Shown here in pieces: positions 1-9,789 of a DNA stretch of 64,000 nucleotides. Positions within the stretch are counted from its first letter, which is position 1. Every line of letters starts with the position of its first letter. The notes beneath the pieces were generated by a model. It had not been told where the DNA came from, did not search any database, and worked only from the letters and a program-made list of their open reading frames with translations. The stretch is from NCBI GenBank assembly GCA_020721205.1, contig DYNF01000007.1, forward strand, positions 1,241-65,240, in the 5' to 3' direction. The DNA is from Prochloron sp. SulCav_FS08_3_32_3330 (GTDB lineage Bacteria > Cyanobacteriota > Cyanobacteriia > Cyanobacteriales > DYNF01). The position numbers and the translations under genes were made by a program.

Positions 1-5
1 AACAA

Positions 6-704
6 ATGAATCATTTTAATTGGTTAACATCAAGTCATTTTATTATTTTTGGATTGTTGACAGGATTTGCGATCGCCCATAGTGGTTTAGCGGCTTTACG
101 TCCTTGGGGAGAGGAAAAAATCGGTGCTAGATTTTACCGAGTATTATTTGCGATCGTTAGTATTCCTTTTGCCACAATTATTATTATTTATTTCTTAAAT
201 CATCGCTATGATGGGTTAATTTTATGGCAATTATACAATTTTTCTTGGCTTAAACCGATTGTCTGGATCTTATCTGCTATATCTTTTATTTTCCTTTATC
301 CTGCTACTTTTAACCTTTTAGAAATAGCGGCAATCCAAAAACCGGAAGTACATTTGTACGAAACAGGTATTATTCGCATTAGTCGTCATCCTCAAATGGT
401 AGGACAAGTGATCTGGTGTGTGGCACATAGTTTATGGATCGGTAGTACATTTATGTTAGTTACTTGTTTCGGACTGATCGCTCATCATTTATTTTCGGTG
501 TGGCATGGCGATCGCCGTTTAGAAAAGCGTTATGGAGAAGCATTTTTACAAGTAAAAGCCCGAACATCTGTAATCCCCTTTTTAGCCGTATTAGATGGAA
601 GACAAACTTTAAAACTAGAGGAATTTTTACGTCCAGCTTATTTAGGAGTAACAATTTTTGTCTTATTCGTCTGGTATGTCCATCTTTGGCTACAACAAAT
701 GTAA
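6..704 (+). CDS. NnrU-family integral membrane protein (Z-ISO-like)
   Basis: 232-aa ORF with several hydrophobic spans and an 'ISRHPQMVG' motif recalled as typical of the NnrU/Z-ISO family. Confidence 0.5.
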   Translation: MNHFNWLTSSHFIIFGLLTGFAIAHSGLAALRPWGEEKIGARFYRVLFAIVSIPFATIIIIYFLNHRYDGLILWQLYNFSWLKPIVWILSAISFIFLYPATFNLLEIAAIQKPEVHLYETGIIRISRHPQMVGQVIWCVAHSLWIGSTFMLVTCFGLIAHHLFSVWHGDRRLEKRYGEAFLQVKARTSVIPFLAVLDGRQTLKLEEFLRPAYLGVTIFVLFVWYVHLWLQQM

Positions 705-725
705 TATTTTCTGTATTAATTAAAT

Positions 726-2237
726 TTAACCTAAAAATAATTGATAAGCAAGATTATTACTTTCATCCCAATAAAGATAACCTAAATTATCTAAAAATTC
801 CTGCCATTCTTTCATTTCTGAGGGTGGCACTTGTATTCCTACCGCAATCCTGCCATAATCTGCTCCATTATTACGATAATGAAACACACTAATATTCCAA
901 TCTGGACTCAGAGAACTCACAAATTTCATTAAAGCGCCCGGACGTTCAGGAAATTCAAAACGATAAAATAACTCATGATTAGCTAAAGGAGATCTTCCTC
1001 CTACCATGTGTCTTAAATGGAGTTTAGTTAATTCATCATCAGTGAGATCAAGAGTTTTAAAACCACCTTTTTCCCATGTTTGTGCCAGTTGAGTCGCATC
1101 CGCCTTATTTTGAATCTGTACCCCGATAAAAATATGAGCCTCTTTTTCCTCAGCTATTCGATAACTAAATTCCGTTAAATTTCGTCGTCCTAAAAGCTCA
1201 CAAAACTCTCTTAAACTTCCGGGTTTTTCAGGAATAGTAACAGCAAAAATCGCTTCTCGACGCTCCCCTAACTCCGCCCTTTCCGCCACAAAACGGAGGC
1301 GATCGAAATTCATATTTGCACCACAAGCCACCGCCACAAGAGTTTTACCCTCAATTTTTTCCCTTTCAATATAAGCTTTAGCTCCGGCGATCGCCAAAGC
1401 CCCCGCAGGTTCTAAAATAGATCTCGTATCCTCAAAAACGTCTTTAATCGCCGCACAAATGTCGTCTGTATCCACTAAAATCACTTCATCCACATATTCC
1501 TGACATAAACGGAAAGTTTCCTCCCCCACTTCTCGCACCGCCACCCCATCAGCAAATAAGCCCACTTGAGAGAGTTTCACCCGTTTTCCTGCCTCTAAAG
1601 ACTGTTTCATCGCATCAGCGTCTACAGGCTCAACACCGATGATTTTTATATCAGGATATAACCTCTTAATATACGCAGAAATTCCAGCGATTAAACCACC
1701 ACCCCCGATCGCCACAAAAATAGCATGGATCGGTTTTTGATATTGACGTAAAATTTCCATGCCGATCGTACCTTGCCCCGCAATAACGTAGGGATCATCA
1801 AAAGGATGAATAAAAGTTAAGCCCTTTTCCCGCTCCAGTTGACGAGCATAAGCGTAGGCATCATCGTAGGTATCACCGTATAAAACCACATTTCCCCCTC
1901 TCGCCTTCACCGCATATACCTTCATTTGAGGAGTAGTTACGGGCATAACGATAATAGCGATCGTGCCTAAACGACTAGCACCGAGAGCCACTCCTTGAGC
2001 GTGATTACCCGCCGAAGCCGCAATTACTCCTTTTTTCAATAATTCTGGACTTAATTGAGCCATTTTATTATAAGCTCCTCTCAATTTAAAAGAGAAAACA
2101 GACTGCATATCCTCTCGTTTTAAGAGGATTTTATTCTTTAATCTTTTTGAGAGATTAGGAGCGATTTCTAAAGGAGTTTCTTGTGCCACATCATAGACAC
2201 GAGCGGTTAAAATTTGAACAAGGTAATCACAAATCAT
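726..2237 (-). CDS. ilvA: Biosynthetic threonine ammonia-lyase (threonine dehydratase)
   Basis: 503 aa; PLP-lysine motif 'SFKLRGAYN'; 'GGGGL' loop; long C-terminal regulatory region typical of biosynthetic IlvA. Confidence 0.9.
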   Translation of the reverse strand: MICDYLVQILTARVYDVAQETPLEIAPNLSKRLKNKILLKREDMQSVFSFKLRGAYNKMAQLSPELLKKGVIAASAGNHAQGVALGASRLGTIAIIVMPVTTPQMKVYAVKARGGNVVLYGDTYDDAYAYARQLEREKGLTFIHPFDDPYVIAGQGTIGMEILRQYQKPIHAIFVAIGGGGLIAGISAYIKRLYPDIKIIGVEPVDADAMKQSLEAGKRVKLSQVGLFADGVAVREVGEETFRLCQEYVDEVILVDTDDICAAIKDVFEDTRSILEPAGALAIAGAKAYIEREKIEGKTLVAVACGANMNFDRLRFVAERAELGERREAIFAVTIPEKPGSLREFCELLGRRNLTEFSYRIAEEKEAHIFIGVQIQNKADATQLAQTWEKGGFKTLDLTDDELTKLHLRHMVGGRSPLANHELFYRFEFPERPGALMKFVSSLSPDWNISVFHYRNNGADYGRIAVGIQVPPSEMKEWQEFLDNLGYLYWDESNNLAYQLFLG

Positions 2238-2301
2238 GGTTTAGGGTTATTATTGTGCGAATAAAATTATTTAGTTAATTTATCATATTTGTTTGTAAAA
2301 A

Positions 2302-2631
2302 TCAAAATTGAGGTTTAATATTTGCTGTCCAAGTTATCTTAATTTTTTCGCCATCTTCATCAGAAATTATCCCTATTTTAGCAATAAATAGAGATTTTTC
2401 CAAACAATCTAAACGAGATAATCTAACAGTAGAAGCCACTTTTAAACCACTATTTTCCCAATTTTCTAAAGCTATATCAGTGACAGTGCGAGGTTTTGCA
2501 GACGTTACCACAGCACAAACAGCATCATCTCCATCTAACCATAATACTAAAACTGGTCTTTTTTTCGTACTTTTTAATGTCGTAAATGGTAGATTAACAA
2601 CCCAAAATTCACCCGCTTTAATATTCATCAT
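2302..2631 (-). CDS. PemK/MazF-family toxin
   Basis: 'MNIKAGEFWVVNLPF...KKRPVLVL' matches the MazF/PemK N-terminal pattern. Likely start at an internal Met (2631/2628), overlapping the stop of the upstream small ORF. Confidence 0.65.
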   Translation of the reverse strand: MMNIKAGEFWVVNLPFTTLKSTKKRPVLVLWLDGDDAVCAVVTSAKPRTVTDIALENWENSGLKVASTVRLSRLDCLEKSLFIAKIGIISDEDGEKIKITWTANIKPQF

Positions 2632-2818
2632 ATAAGCCCTCATCTTCTTCATTATAACCATTGAAAAAGGCACTATGATCTCGAATTTCTTGAGTTTTGA
2701 TAATAATAACTTTTATCTGATCATCAGTATTAAATTCATTTTGGTATTTTTCAGGTAATAAAATTAAACCTTTTTCTTCAATTTTTGTATTAAATTCTAT
2801 ACAAGATAACATAAGCAA
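2618..2818 (-). CDS. Putative antitoxin partner of the MazF-like toxin
   Basis: 66-aa acidic-tailed ORF directly upstream of, and overlapping, the MazF-like gene. Family not recognised. Confidence 0.4.
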   Translation of the reverse strand: MLMLSCIEFNTKIEEKGLILLPEKYQNEFNTDDQIKVIIIKTQEIRDHSAFFNGYNEEDEGLYDEY

Positions 2819-2878
2819 TTACCTCAAATGTTGATTTAGTTAACTCAATAGTAATTATATCACAAAAGTTAAATTATT

Positions 2879-3368
2879 GTAGGGGCATGGCATCGTTAAT
2901 TTATGATCATAATAATTAACTTTAAAAATTGCCATGCCCAACCAACCATTTAATTTAAAATTAAAGAAAATTAAGATTTATTTTTGATGGTTATTGATGG
3001 GATTGGGCATGACAAAATATAATGTAATCGTTATTGACAAATGTTATTGATGGGATTGGGCATGACAAAATATAATTTAATGATTATTAACAAATGTTAT
3101 TGATGTCATGCCCCTACAGGTTAAACTTTATCAATAATTTTTATCTCAAAAAATAAAACTTTTGTAGGGGCATGGCATCGTTAATTTGTGATAAGAATAA
3201 TTAACCTAACAAATGCCATGCCCAACCCAACCATTTAATTTAAAATTAAACAAAATTTTGATTTATTTTTGATGGTTATTGATGGGATTGGGCATGACAA
3301 AATATAATGTAATCGTTATTGACAAATGTTATTGATGTCATGCCCCTACAGGTTAAACTTTATCAATA
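2879..3368. repeat. Tandemly duplicated element bounded by TGTAGGGGCATG / CATGCCCCTACA
   Basis: Copy A 2879-3140 and copy B 3164-3368 share the 12-bp terminal inverted repeat and internal hairpins (ggcatggca...tgccatgcc; gggcatgaca...tgtcatgccc). Copy A has an extra internal duplication of about 57 bp. Confidence 0.8.
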
Positions 3369-3629
3369 ATCTTTAATATTTTCTCGACAGCAAATTATAC
3401 CTTGATGACTTTGACCTTCTTTATGTAATTTTAAAAAATCTTTACGATTATAAGTTATTAAAACTCGATTTTGTTCTTTTGCAAATTGTAATTGAAGATC
3501 ATCAGGAATTTTTTGATTATCTCGTTTTGCTTCACGGGAAGTTAAAACATTATACCCTAAAGCGCGTAAAGCATTAATTAAATCTAAACGCAAATTTTCG
3601 TTAGCATATAAATTAGGTTTAATCATCAT
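3363..3629 (-). CDS. DUF5615-like (PIN/Mut7-C-like) putative toxin
   Basis: 88-aa ORF overlapping the stop of a DUF433-like ORF. This pairing is common in cyanobacteria. Family call from memory. Confidence 0.55.
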   Translation of the reverse strand: MMIKPNLYANENLRLDLINALRALGYNVLTSREAKRDNQKIPDDLQLQFAKEQNRVLITYNRKDFLKLHKEGQSHQGIICCRENIKDY

Positions 3630-3873
3630 CCTGTGCTAAAATTTCTTGTTCAATTTCCGTTTGATTTTGTTGATAATAATGCCACATTGCTTCTAAATCT
3701 ATTTGAGTTAAACTAGGATAATTTCTTAATAAATCTTGATCCGTTGCTCCCATTTTTTTTAAAGAAACTAATGTCCAAACTGGAATCCTTGTCTTTCTTA
3801 TACAAGCAGAACCACCACAAACTCCTGTAGTTTTTTGAATTAAATCTGTTGATAAGTTAATAGTTTTTAGCAT
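3619..3873 (-). CDS. DUF433-family protein (putative antitoxin)
   Basis: 84 aa; 'GVCGGSACIRKTRIPVWTLV' matches the DUF433 core. Confidence 0.65.
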   Translation of the reverse strand: MLKTINLSTDLIQKTTGVCGGSACIRKTRIPVWTLVSLKKMGATDQDLLRNYPSLTQIDLEAMWHYYQQNQTEIEQEILAQDDD

Positions 3874-3990
3874 GGTTTTTTATTTGATTTTTGATTAAGG
3901 AATATTTTGATTATAACATAAAAAGTCGGGGATTTTAACTAAATTTAATTATCTAATCTTGAATAACTACAAATTAAACTTTAATCACTA

Positions 3991-4131
3991 TCAAGACCTA
4001 AAAAACTTAATATTGCTTGTAAATACCTTTCTTTGATAACGCTCCATTAATAACAATTTTTGACCGCATTTTTGACAAAAATTATTATTAGTTGGATTTT
4101 GATGTAAACAATCAGGATTAAAACATTTCAT
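3991..4131 (-). pseudogene. Orphan 46-codon ORF encoding a 4-Cys zinc-ribbon 'prefix' (likely remnant of a larger gene)
   Basis: My translation: MKCFNPDCLHQNPTNNNFCQKCGQKLLLMERYQRKVFTSNIKFFRS*. The CxxC...CxxC...LLL..RY pattern normally precedes cyanobacterial kinase domains. Not in the ORF track because it is under 60 aa. Confidence 0.35.
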
Positions 4132-4166
4132 AGAATTAAGAAAAATTATTCATTGATATTATTAGA

Positions 4167-4943
4167 TTAATTTGAAAAGAAATTTTTTACCAAAACCATT
4201 AATATTATAGCACAAATAGCACCGATTAAAGTATTAATAATATTAACAATTTCATTGGTTAACCATGTAAATTTTGTTTGTAAAGTTGCCCCGATTAAAC
4301 TTTCAATAGTGGTAGCAATAAAAGCGGAAATTACTGATATAATTACCCCCTGAATATTAATTAAATTAACAGCAAATGCTAGTAAAGAAATTACTAAAGA
4401 AGCGAAAATTCCTGCTAATGTTCCCTCTAAACTAACTGCTCCTTCCGTACCTCTAGGCACAGGTTTTAAAGTAGTAATTAAAAAGGTACTTTTTCCGTAA
4501 GCTTTACCGATTTCACTGGCAGTAGTATCGGATAATTTTGTGCTAAAATTTGCTACATATCCTAATATTAATAAAGATTGAATATAAACATCTTTAAAAA
4601 TTAAAATTCCTAAAGCACAAAAAGCGGCTATTAAAGCAGATCCCCACACATTTTCCGCTCCTCTAGCACCCGATCTTTTTTCTGCGATACCTTCAGCTTC
4701 TTTTTCCTTAATTTTAATGCGAGTTACCCCCGATCCTACTAGGAAATAAAAGCCGACAATCGTATAACCTTGCCATCCTAAAGTTCCCCAAATTAAAACA
4801 CCTAAAATCCAAGCATTAATAATACCATTTAAGGTTAATAATTTTTTCGGGGCGATCCAAACTAAAGTTAAGAAAAATGTATTTAAAATTATGGCAATTA
4901 ACCAAGGATTTAAAGTTGTGAAAATATTTGTTAATTCTATCAT
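4167..4943 (-). CDS. DUF92/TIGR00297-family membrane protein (VTE6-like)
   Basis: 258 aa, polytopic, with a 'AEKRSGARGAENVWGSA' loop. Family call from memory. Confidence 0.55.
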   Translation of the reverse strand: MIELTNIFTTLNPWLIAIILNTFFLTLVWIAPKKLLTLNGIINAWILGVLIWGTLGWQGYTIVGFYFLVGSGVTRIKIKEKEAEGIAEKRSGARGAENVWGSALIAAFCALGILIFKDVYIQSLLILGYVANFSTKLSDTTASEIGKAYGKSTFLITTLKPVPRGTEGAVSLEGTLAGIFASLVISLLAFAVNLINIQGVIISVISAFIATTIESLIGATLQTKFTWLTNEIVNIINTLIGAICAIILMVLVKNFFSN

Positions 4944-4961
4944 GTTAAGACTCCTTAATAA

Positions 4962-5022
4962 AAAGTTTGTAATAGGGCTTAAGCCCTACAAAGTTTGTAA
5001 TAGGGCTTAAGCCCTACTACGA
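4962..5022. repeat. Two tandem REP-like palindromic units (TAGGGCTTAAGCCCTAC)
   Basis: 'agtttgtaatagggcttaagccctac' occurs twice. The second copy ends '...ctactacgaac', like the dispersed REP-like family. Lies between ggt and the DUF92 gene and probably also terminates transcription. Confidence 0.7.
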
Positions 5023-5027
5023 ACATA

Positions 5028-6590
5028 TTAATTACTTAAAAATACACCACAACGGCGCAGATCTCCAGCCCCTTTCATGAGACTTTGATCTGTTTTTATT
5101 ACCCCATGTACACCGCCAAAAAACATATTTTGTTCTTGCCAAAAAACGGTATTTGTTTCTGGTGGTAAATTCAGATTTTCTAATAAAATTGATTCTTGAT
5201 CCGGTTCAATACTAAAGGTTTTATTTTCCCAATGTACCCTCGGTAAATTAATTGCTTCATTAATCGGTAAATTAAAATCAATTATATTAGAAATTACCTG
5301 AAAAATTGCTGTTCTAATCCGATTTGATCCTCCCGATCCTAACACAATTTTAGGTTTACCATTTTTTAAAACCATTGTGGGCGACATCATGGAAGATATA
5401 CGTTGATTACATTGCCATTGATGAAAACCAAACGGGTTTAAATCTTCTTCCCCTAACATATTATTTAACATAATACCAGTATTAGGAATAATATAACCCG
5501 ATCCTTCTCCGTTTGAAGTGGTAACACTGGCGGCATTTCCATCTTCATCTAAAACACTAATATGGGTGGTACTACCTAACTTATTAACGGTATTTATTAA
5601 TTGATTTTGATAGCATCTTAAATGTTTTTCTCCTAAAAATTCCTCAATAATATCAGGACGATAAATGTGGGCATCATAGCCATCTTTTCGGGCTTCATTA
5701 GTTAAACTCATTACCATAGCTAATATTTCTAAATGTTCTTGACTTCGCCATTTAATCTTATCTAAATTTAAACTAGCTAACAGTTTTAAAGAAAAGGCGA
5801 TTAAAGCTCCTCCTGAGCTTGGCGGAGGATTAGTTAATAACTCATAACCTCGATAATTTATTTGTAAAGGTTTTCTCATAATTACTTGATAATTTTTTAA
5901 ATCTTCTAAGGTTAAATATCCTCCTTCTTTCAGATCTTTTACTAATAAATTAGCTATTTCTCCTCGATAAAATTCCTCAAAACCTTCTTCGATTAAATAA
6001 CTTAAAGTATCAGCTAATTGGGGTATAGTATAAATATCATTTTCTTGTAATAATTTACCTTTCTTTTCATAAATATTTTTTCCTGCCTGTTTTTCGGTTA
6101 AAATTGGTTTTAAAATTTCCATACAAAAAGCCTGAAATTTATTAACTTCAATGCCATTTTTAGCGTAATTAATCGCAGGTTCAGCCAAAATTTTTAAGGG
6201 TAATTTCCCTAATTTTTGATGAACTTTTAATAATCCTGCTAAATTTCCCGGCACAGCGATCGAGGCTTTTCCGATATGAAATTTCTGACTTTCTTCCCCC
6301 CCAAAATTAACATTTACCGGGTAAAAATCTAGTTCAGAAATTGGTTTTTTCTTGAGAGGAGTTTGACAGAAAAAATCAAATAAAATATTATCCCCTTTCT
6401 GAGTATGTGCCAATAAAAAACCACTCCCCCCAATAGAAGTTAACATCGGTTCTACCGCAAAAGCCGTTAATACTGAGGCGATCGCCGCATCAAAAGCGTT
6501 TCCCCCTTGATTTAAAATTTCGATCCCAGCCTCGGCGGTTTTTTGATGCCCGGCGGCTATTACCCCTTTTGTTTTTTTTGTCATAATCAA
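5028..6590 (-). CDS. ggt: Gamma-glutamyltransferase
   Basis: 520 aa; autoprocessing/nucleophile region 'GSTTHISVLD'; 'GSGGSNRI' near the C-terminus. Confidence 0.85.
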   Translation of the reverse strand: MIMTKKTKGVIAAGHQKTAEAGIEILNQGGNAFDAAIASVLTAFAVEPMLTSIGGSGFLLAHTQKGDNILFDFFCQTPLKKKPISELDFYPVNVNFGGEESQKFHIGKASIAVPGNLAGLLKVHQKLGKLPLKILAEPAINYAKNGIEVNKFQAFCMEILKPILTEKQAGKNIYEKKGKLLQENDIYTIPQLADTLSYLIEEGFEEFYRGEIANLLVKDLKEGGYLTLEDLKNYQVIMRKPLQINYRGYELLTNPPPSSGGALIAFSLKLLASLNLDKIKWRSQEHLEILAMVMSLTNEARKDGYDAHIYRPDIIEEFLGEKHLRCYQNQLINTVNKLGSTTHISVLDEDGNAASVTTSNGEGSGYIIPNTGIMLNNMLGEEDLNPFGFHQWQCNQRISSMMSPTMVLKNGKPKIVLGSGGSNRIRTAIFQVISNIIDFNLPINEAINLPRVHWENKTFSIEPDQESILLENLNLPPETNTVFWQEQNMFFGGVHGVIKTDQSLMKGAGDLRRCGVFLSN

Positions 6591-6630
6591 TTAATATTAA
6601 ATAAAAATAATTGCTAATTATCTAAAAATA

Positions 6631-7092
6631 ATGTTACAAGAGTTTCCAGAAATTTTAATTATTGGTTATGGTAATACTTTACGCAGTGATGATGGGATCG
6701 GGCAAAAAGTAGCCGAAGAAGTGGAAAAATGGGGCGATCCAAGGGTGCGATCGCTCTATTTACATCAACTTACCCCTGAGTTAGTTTTAGAGATGGCTAC
6801 GGCAAAAATGGTTATTTTTGTTGATGCGATTCAAATGACAGATCAAATCAGAGAAATTGAATTTAAAACAATAACAGTAAATGAAGATAATAATAATAGT
6901 AATCACTCTAGTAATCCTCAATATTTACTCAATTTAACTCAACAACTTTATAATAAAAAACCTGTAGTTTTCTGGTTATTAATTCCGGTAATTAATTTTG
7001 ATTTTGGAGAGAATTTTTCGCCCATCGCTCTTAAAGGTTTAGAAATAGCTTTAACAAAGATTAAACTATTGAGCCAAATTAATCAAAATTGA
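6631..7092 (+). CDS. hoxW: Hydrogenase maturation endopeptidase
   Basis: 153 aa; N-terminal 'ILIIGYGNTLRSDDGIGQKVAEEV' typical of the HoxW/HybD protease family. Confidence 0.65.
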   Translation: MLQEFPEILIIGYGNTLRSDDGIGQKVAEEVEKWGDPRVRSLYLHQLTPELVLEMATAKMVIFVDAIQMTDQIREIEFKTITVNEDNNNSNHSSNPQYLLNLTQQLYNKKPVVFWLLIPVINFDFGENFSPIALKGLEIALTKIKLLSQINQN

Positions 7093-7217
7093 TTAAAGTT
7101 TTGGATTTTGTTGAAAAAAGGAACTTATAGAAATCGAAAATTTAAAATAGATTGGTAATTATTTGATACAATCTAAAGTTTATGTTTAATCATATTATCT
7201 TTAATTTTTAATCCGTT

Positions 7218-8612
7218 ATGGTAACTCAAAGCACAACACAAGTTAAATCTGGACTTCAATATTTAGCCAAAGCAACGGGAAAACCCTTATCTCCTAATCA
7301 ACATTTACTCCCTTTGACCGCAAAAGTCAATGATCAGGATCACTTGGAAATAGGGGGCTGTGATATTACTACTTTAGTGGCAAGATTTGGCTCACCATTA
7401 TATGTATTAGATGAGTTTACCCTGCGCACAACTTGTCAACAATATCGAGACGCTTTTAAAACCTATTATCCGGGAGAATCTCAAGTTATTTATGCTTCTA
7501 AAGCTTGGAGTTGTTTAGGAGTATGTGCGATCATCGCTAGTGAAGGCTTAGGTTTTGATGTGGTATCAGGAGGCGAACTTTATACTACGATTCAAGCCGG
7601 AGTAAAGGGTGATTTAATTTATCTTCATGGTAATAATAAATCTTTATCTGAGTTAGAATTAGCCATTGATTATGATTGTACAATCATTGTAGATAATTGG
7701 CTAGAGTTAGAAATGCTCAGAGAAATGGGTAAAACTAGAGATAAAATTATCTCAATTATGTTACGTTTAACTCCCGGAATTGAATGTCATACTCATGAAT
7801 ATATCAGAACTGGTCATTTAGATAGTAAGTTTGGCTTTGATCCTAACGAAATTGATCGGGTATTTACCTTCGTTTCTGAAACCCCTAATTTAAAATGTAT
7901 TGGACTTCATGCTCATATTGGTTCACAAATATTTGAGCGTCAACCTCATCAAGATTTGGGAGAAGTGTTAGTAGATTGGCTGGTAAAATCGGAAAATTAC
8001 GGCTTAGAAATCAAACAGATTAATATTGGAGGAGGTTTAGGAATTTGTTATACTGAACAAGATGATCCTCCGAGTATTGATGAATGGGTACAAGCTACTT
8101 GTAACGCCGTTATTAAGGCTTGTGAAGGTCATAATATCCCTTTCCCAAAATTATTAGCTGAACCCGGCAGATCCCTAGTAGGATCTGCCTGTGTTACAGC
8201 TTATACCGTAGGAAGTAGTAAGATTGTACCAGATATTCGTACTTATATCTCAGTAGATGGGGGAATGTCTGATAATCCTCGTCCTATTACCTATCAATCA
8301 GTATATCGCACTTTAATCGCCAATCGAATGTCTGCACCTCTTACTCAAACCGTGACAGTAGCAGGGAAACATTGTGAGTCTGGCGATATTGTAATTAAAG
8401 AGGCACTCTTACCAGACACAGAAACCGGAGATATTTTAGTCGTGATGGCAACGGGTGCTTATAACTATAGTATGGCTTCTAATTATAACCGTTTACCTCG
8501 TCCGGCGGCAATTTTAGTTAATGAGGGTGAAGCGAATTTAATTTTACAAAGGGAAACTTATCAAGATTTAATCCGTCAAGATTTGTTACCCTATAGACTT
8601 TTAAGACATTAA
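7218..8612 (+). CDS. lysA: Diaminopimelate decarboxylase
   Basis: 464 aa; 'YASKAW' PLP-lysine region, 'HIGSQI', 'EPGRSLV', 'CESGD'. Confidence 0.92.
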   Translation: MVTQSTTQVKSGLQYLAKATGKPLSPNQHLLPLTAKVNDQDHLEIGGCDITTLVARFGSPLYVLDEFTLRTTCQQYRDAFKTYYPGESQVIYASKAWSCLGVCAIIASEGLGFDVVSGGELYTTIQAGVKGDLIYLHGNNKSLSELELAIDYDCTIIVDNWLELEMLREMGKTRDKIISIMLRLTPGIECHTHEYIRTGHLDSKFGFDPNEIDRVFTFVSETPNLKCIGLHAHIGSQIFERQPHQDLGEVLVDWLVKSENYGLEIKQINIGGGLGICYTEQDDPPSIDEWVQATCNAVIKACEGHNIPFPKLLAEPGRSLVGSACVTAYTVGSSKIVPDIRTYISVDGGMSDNPRPITYQSVYRTLIANRMSAPLTQTVTVAGKHCESGDIVIKEALLPDTETGDILVVMATGAYNYSMASNYNRLPRPAAILVNEGEANLILQRETYQDLIRQDLLPYRLLRH

Positions 8613-8618
8613 TTAAGT

Positions 8619-8757
8619 TATCGCAATCCGTCAGGGGTTATGACAAAAAAGTTAAGGTTTTTGTCATTTGTCCTTTGTCCTTTGTCATTTGGATCAGTAT
8701 TTAGACCATGTTTTTTATAATAATTGATCTGTTACATCCCCTGACGGATTGCTATAG
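8619..8757. mobile_element. MITE-like element with inverted repeat gcaatccgtcagggg / cccctgacggattgc and tgtcMtt heptamer core
   Basis: Left repeat 8623-8637, right repeat 8737-8751; internal 'ttgtcatttgtcctttgtcctttgtcattt'; ends '...ggattgctatagtt', like the element at 9790-9935. Confidence 0.6.
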
Positions 8758-8838
8758 TTATTTGTTATTAGTTATTAATGTTTACTGATTACTGATTATT
8801 GAATTTCTCCCACCTTATTTAATTTTGAACTTTGAATT

Positions 8839-9735
8839 TTGAATTTTACTTGGTTATCCACTAATTTCCTAACTATTCTTGATTTTGCCCTAGTTCTTTT
8901 TGTTACCTATCTTCTATTTTTAATTATTGGTGAAAGAAGGGTTTTATGGATGGTTAGAGGTTTAGTCATTCTAATTTTTTTTACATTAATTAGTAATTAT
9001 TTTCAACTAATTCTCTTAAGTTTTGTCTTAGAAAAATTGGTTTTAGGGGCGGCTGTAGCGATCGCCATTACATTTCAATCTCAATTACGTCATTTTTTAG
9101 AAAAATTAGGGCGAGGAGAATTTCGTGCCTTATTTCAACAGTCTAAAAGAAGTGTAGATCAATCTGATAATGTAATTGATGAAATTGTAGACGCAGTGAA
9201 AGAATTATCCCAAAATCGTAAAGGAGCATTAATTATTATCGAAACTGTCGGCTCAATAGATGAGCAAGATTTTTCTGTGCCGGGAGTTTTTCTTGATGCG
9301 GAAGTCTCCAAAGAGTTATTACAAACGATTTTTCAGACTACTACCCTTTTACATGACGGGGCGGTATTTATTCGAGGCTCTCGTCTTATTTCCGCCGGAG
9401 TGATTTTACCCTTATCCGATCGCACCGCATCCCGTCAGTTAGGCACAAGACACCGGGCGGCGATGGGGGTGACAGAAAGAATGGGAAACTGTATCTGTGT
9501 AGTGGTTTCAGAAGAAACTGGCTCGATTTCCTTAGCAGAAAGAGGAATTTTAAATCGCCCTTTGACCAGTAGTAAATTAAAAGAACTTTTGTCTGCTAAA
9601 TTATCAAGTATAGTAGAACGGGAAGTAGCGGGTTCTAATTTAAGTCGTTGGAGTCGAAAAATTGGCTCAATCCTACCTAAATTATTCCCACGTCTATTTA
9701 AAAAATCTTCCTTTAATTCACAAGATAAAAAATAG
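8839..9735 (+). CDS. cdaA: Diadenylate cyclase (c-di-AMP synthase)
   Basis: 298 aa; three N-terminal TM helices; DAC domain motifs 'DGAVFI', 'GTRHRAAMGVTE', 'VVVSEETGSISLA'; TTG start in the ORF track. Confidence 0.85.
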   Translation: MNFTWLSTNFLTILDFALVLFVTYLLFLIIGERRVLWMVRGLVILIFFTLISNYFQLILLSFVLEKLVLGAAVAIAITFQSQLRHFLEKLGRGEFRALFQQSKRSVDQSDNVIDEIVDAVKELSQNRKGALIIIETVGSIDEQDFSVPGVFLDAEVSKELLQTIFQTTTLLHDGAVFIRGSRLISAGVILPLSDRTASRQLGTRHRAAMGVTERMGNCICVVVSEETGSISLAERGILNRPLTSSKLKELLSAKLSSIVEREVAGSNLSRWSRKIGSILPKLFPRLFKKSSFNSQDKK

Positions 9736-9789
9736 TGCTTAAAATGTAAATTATAGTTTATTTTTTGAATTTAGATTATATTGTTTATT

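Noticed and set aside
460-892. ORFs 460-654 (-) and 464-892 (+) overlapping the NnrU-like gene and the ilvA 3' end
   Set aside because: They are out of frame with or antisense to better-supported genes, and their sequences are low-complexity.
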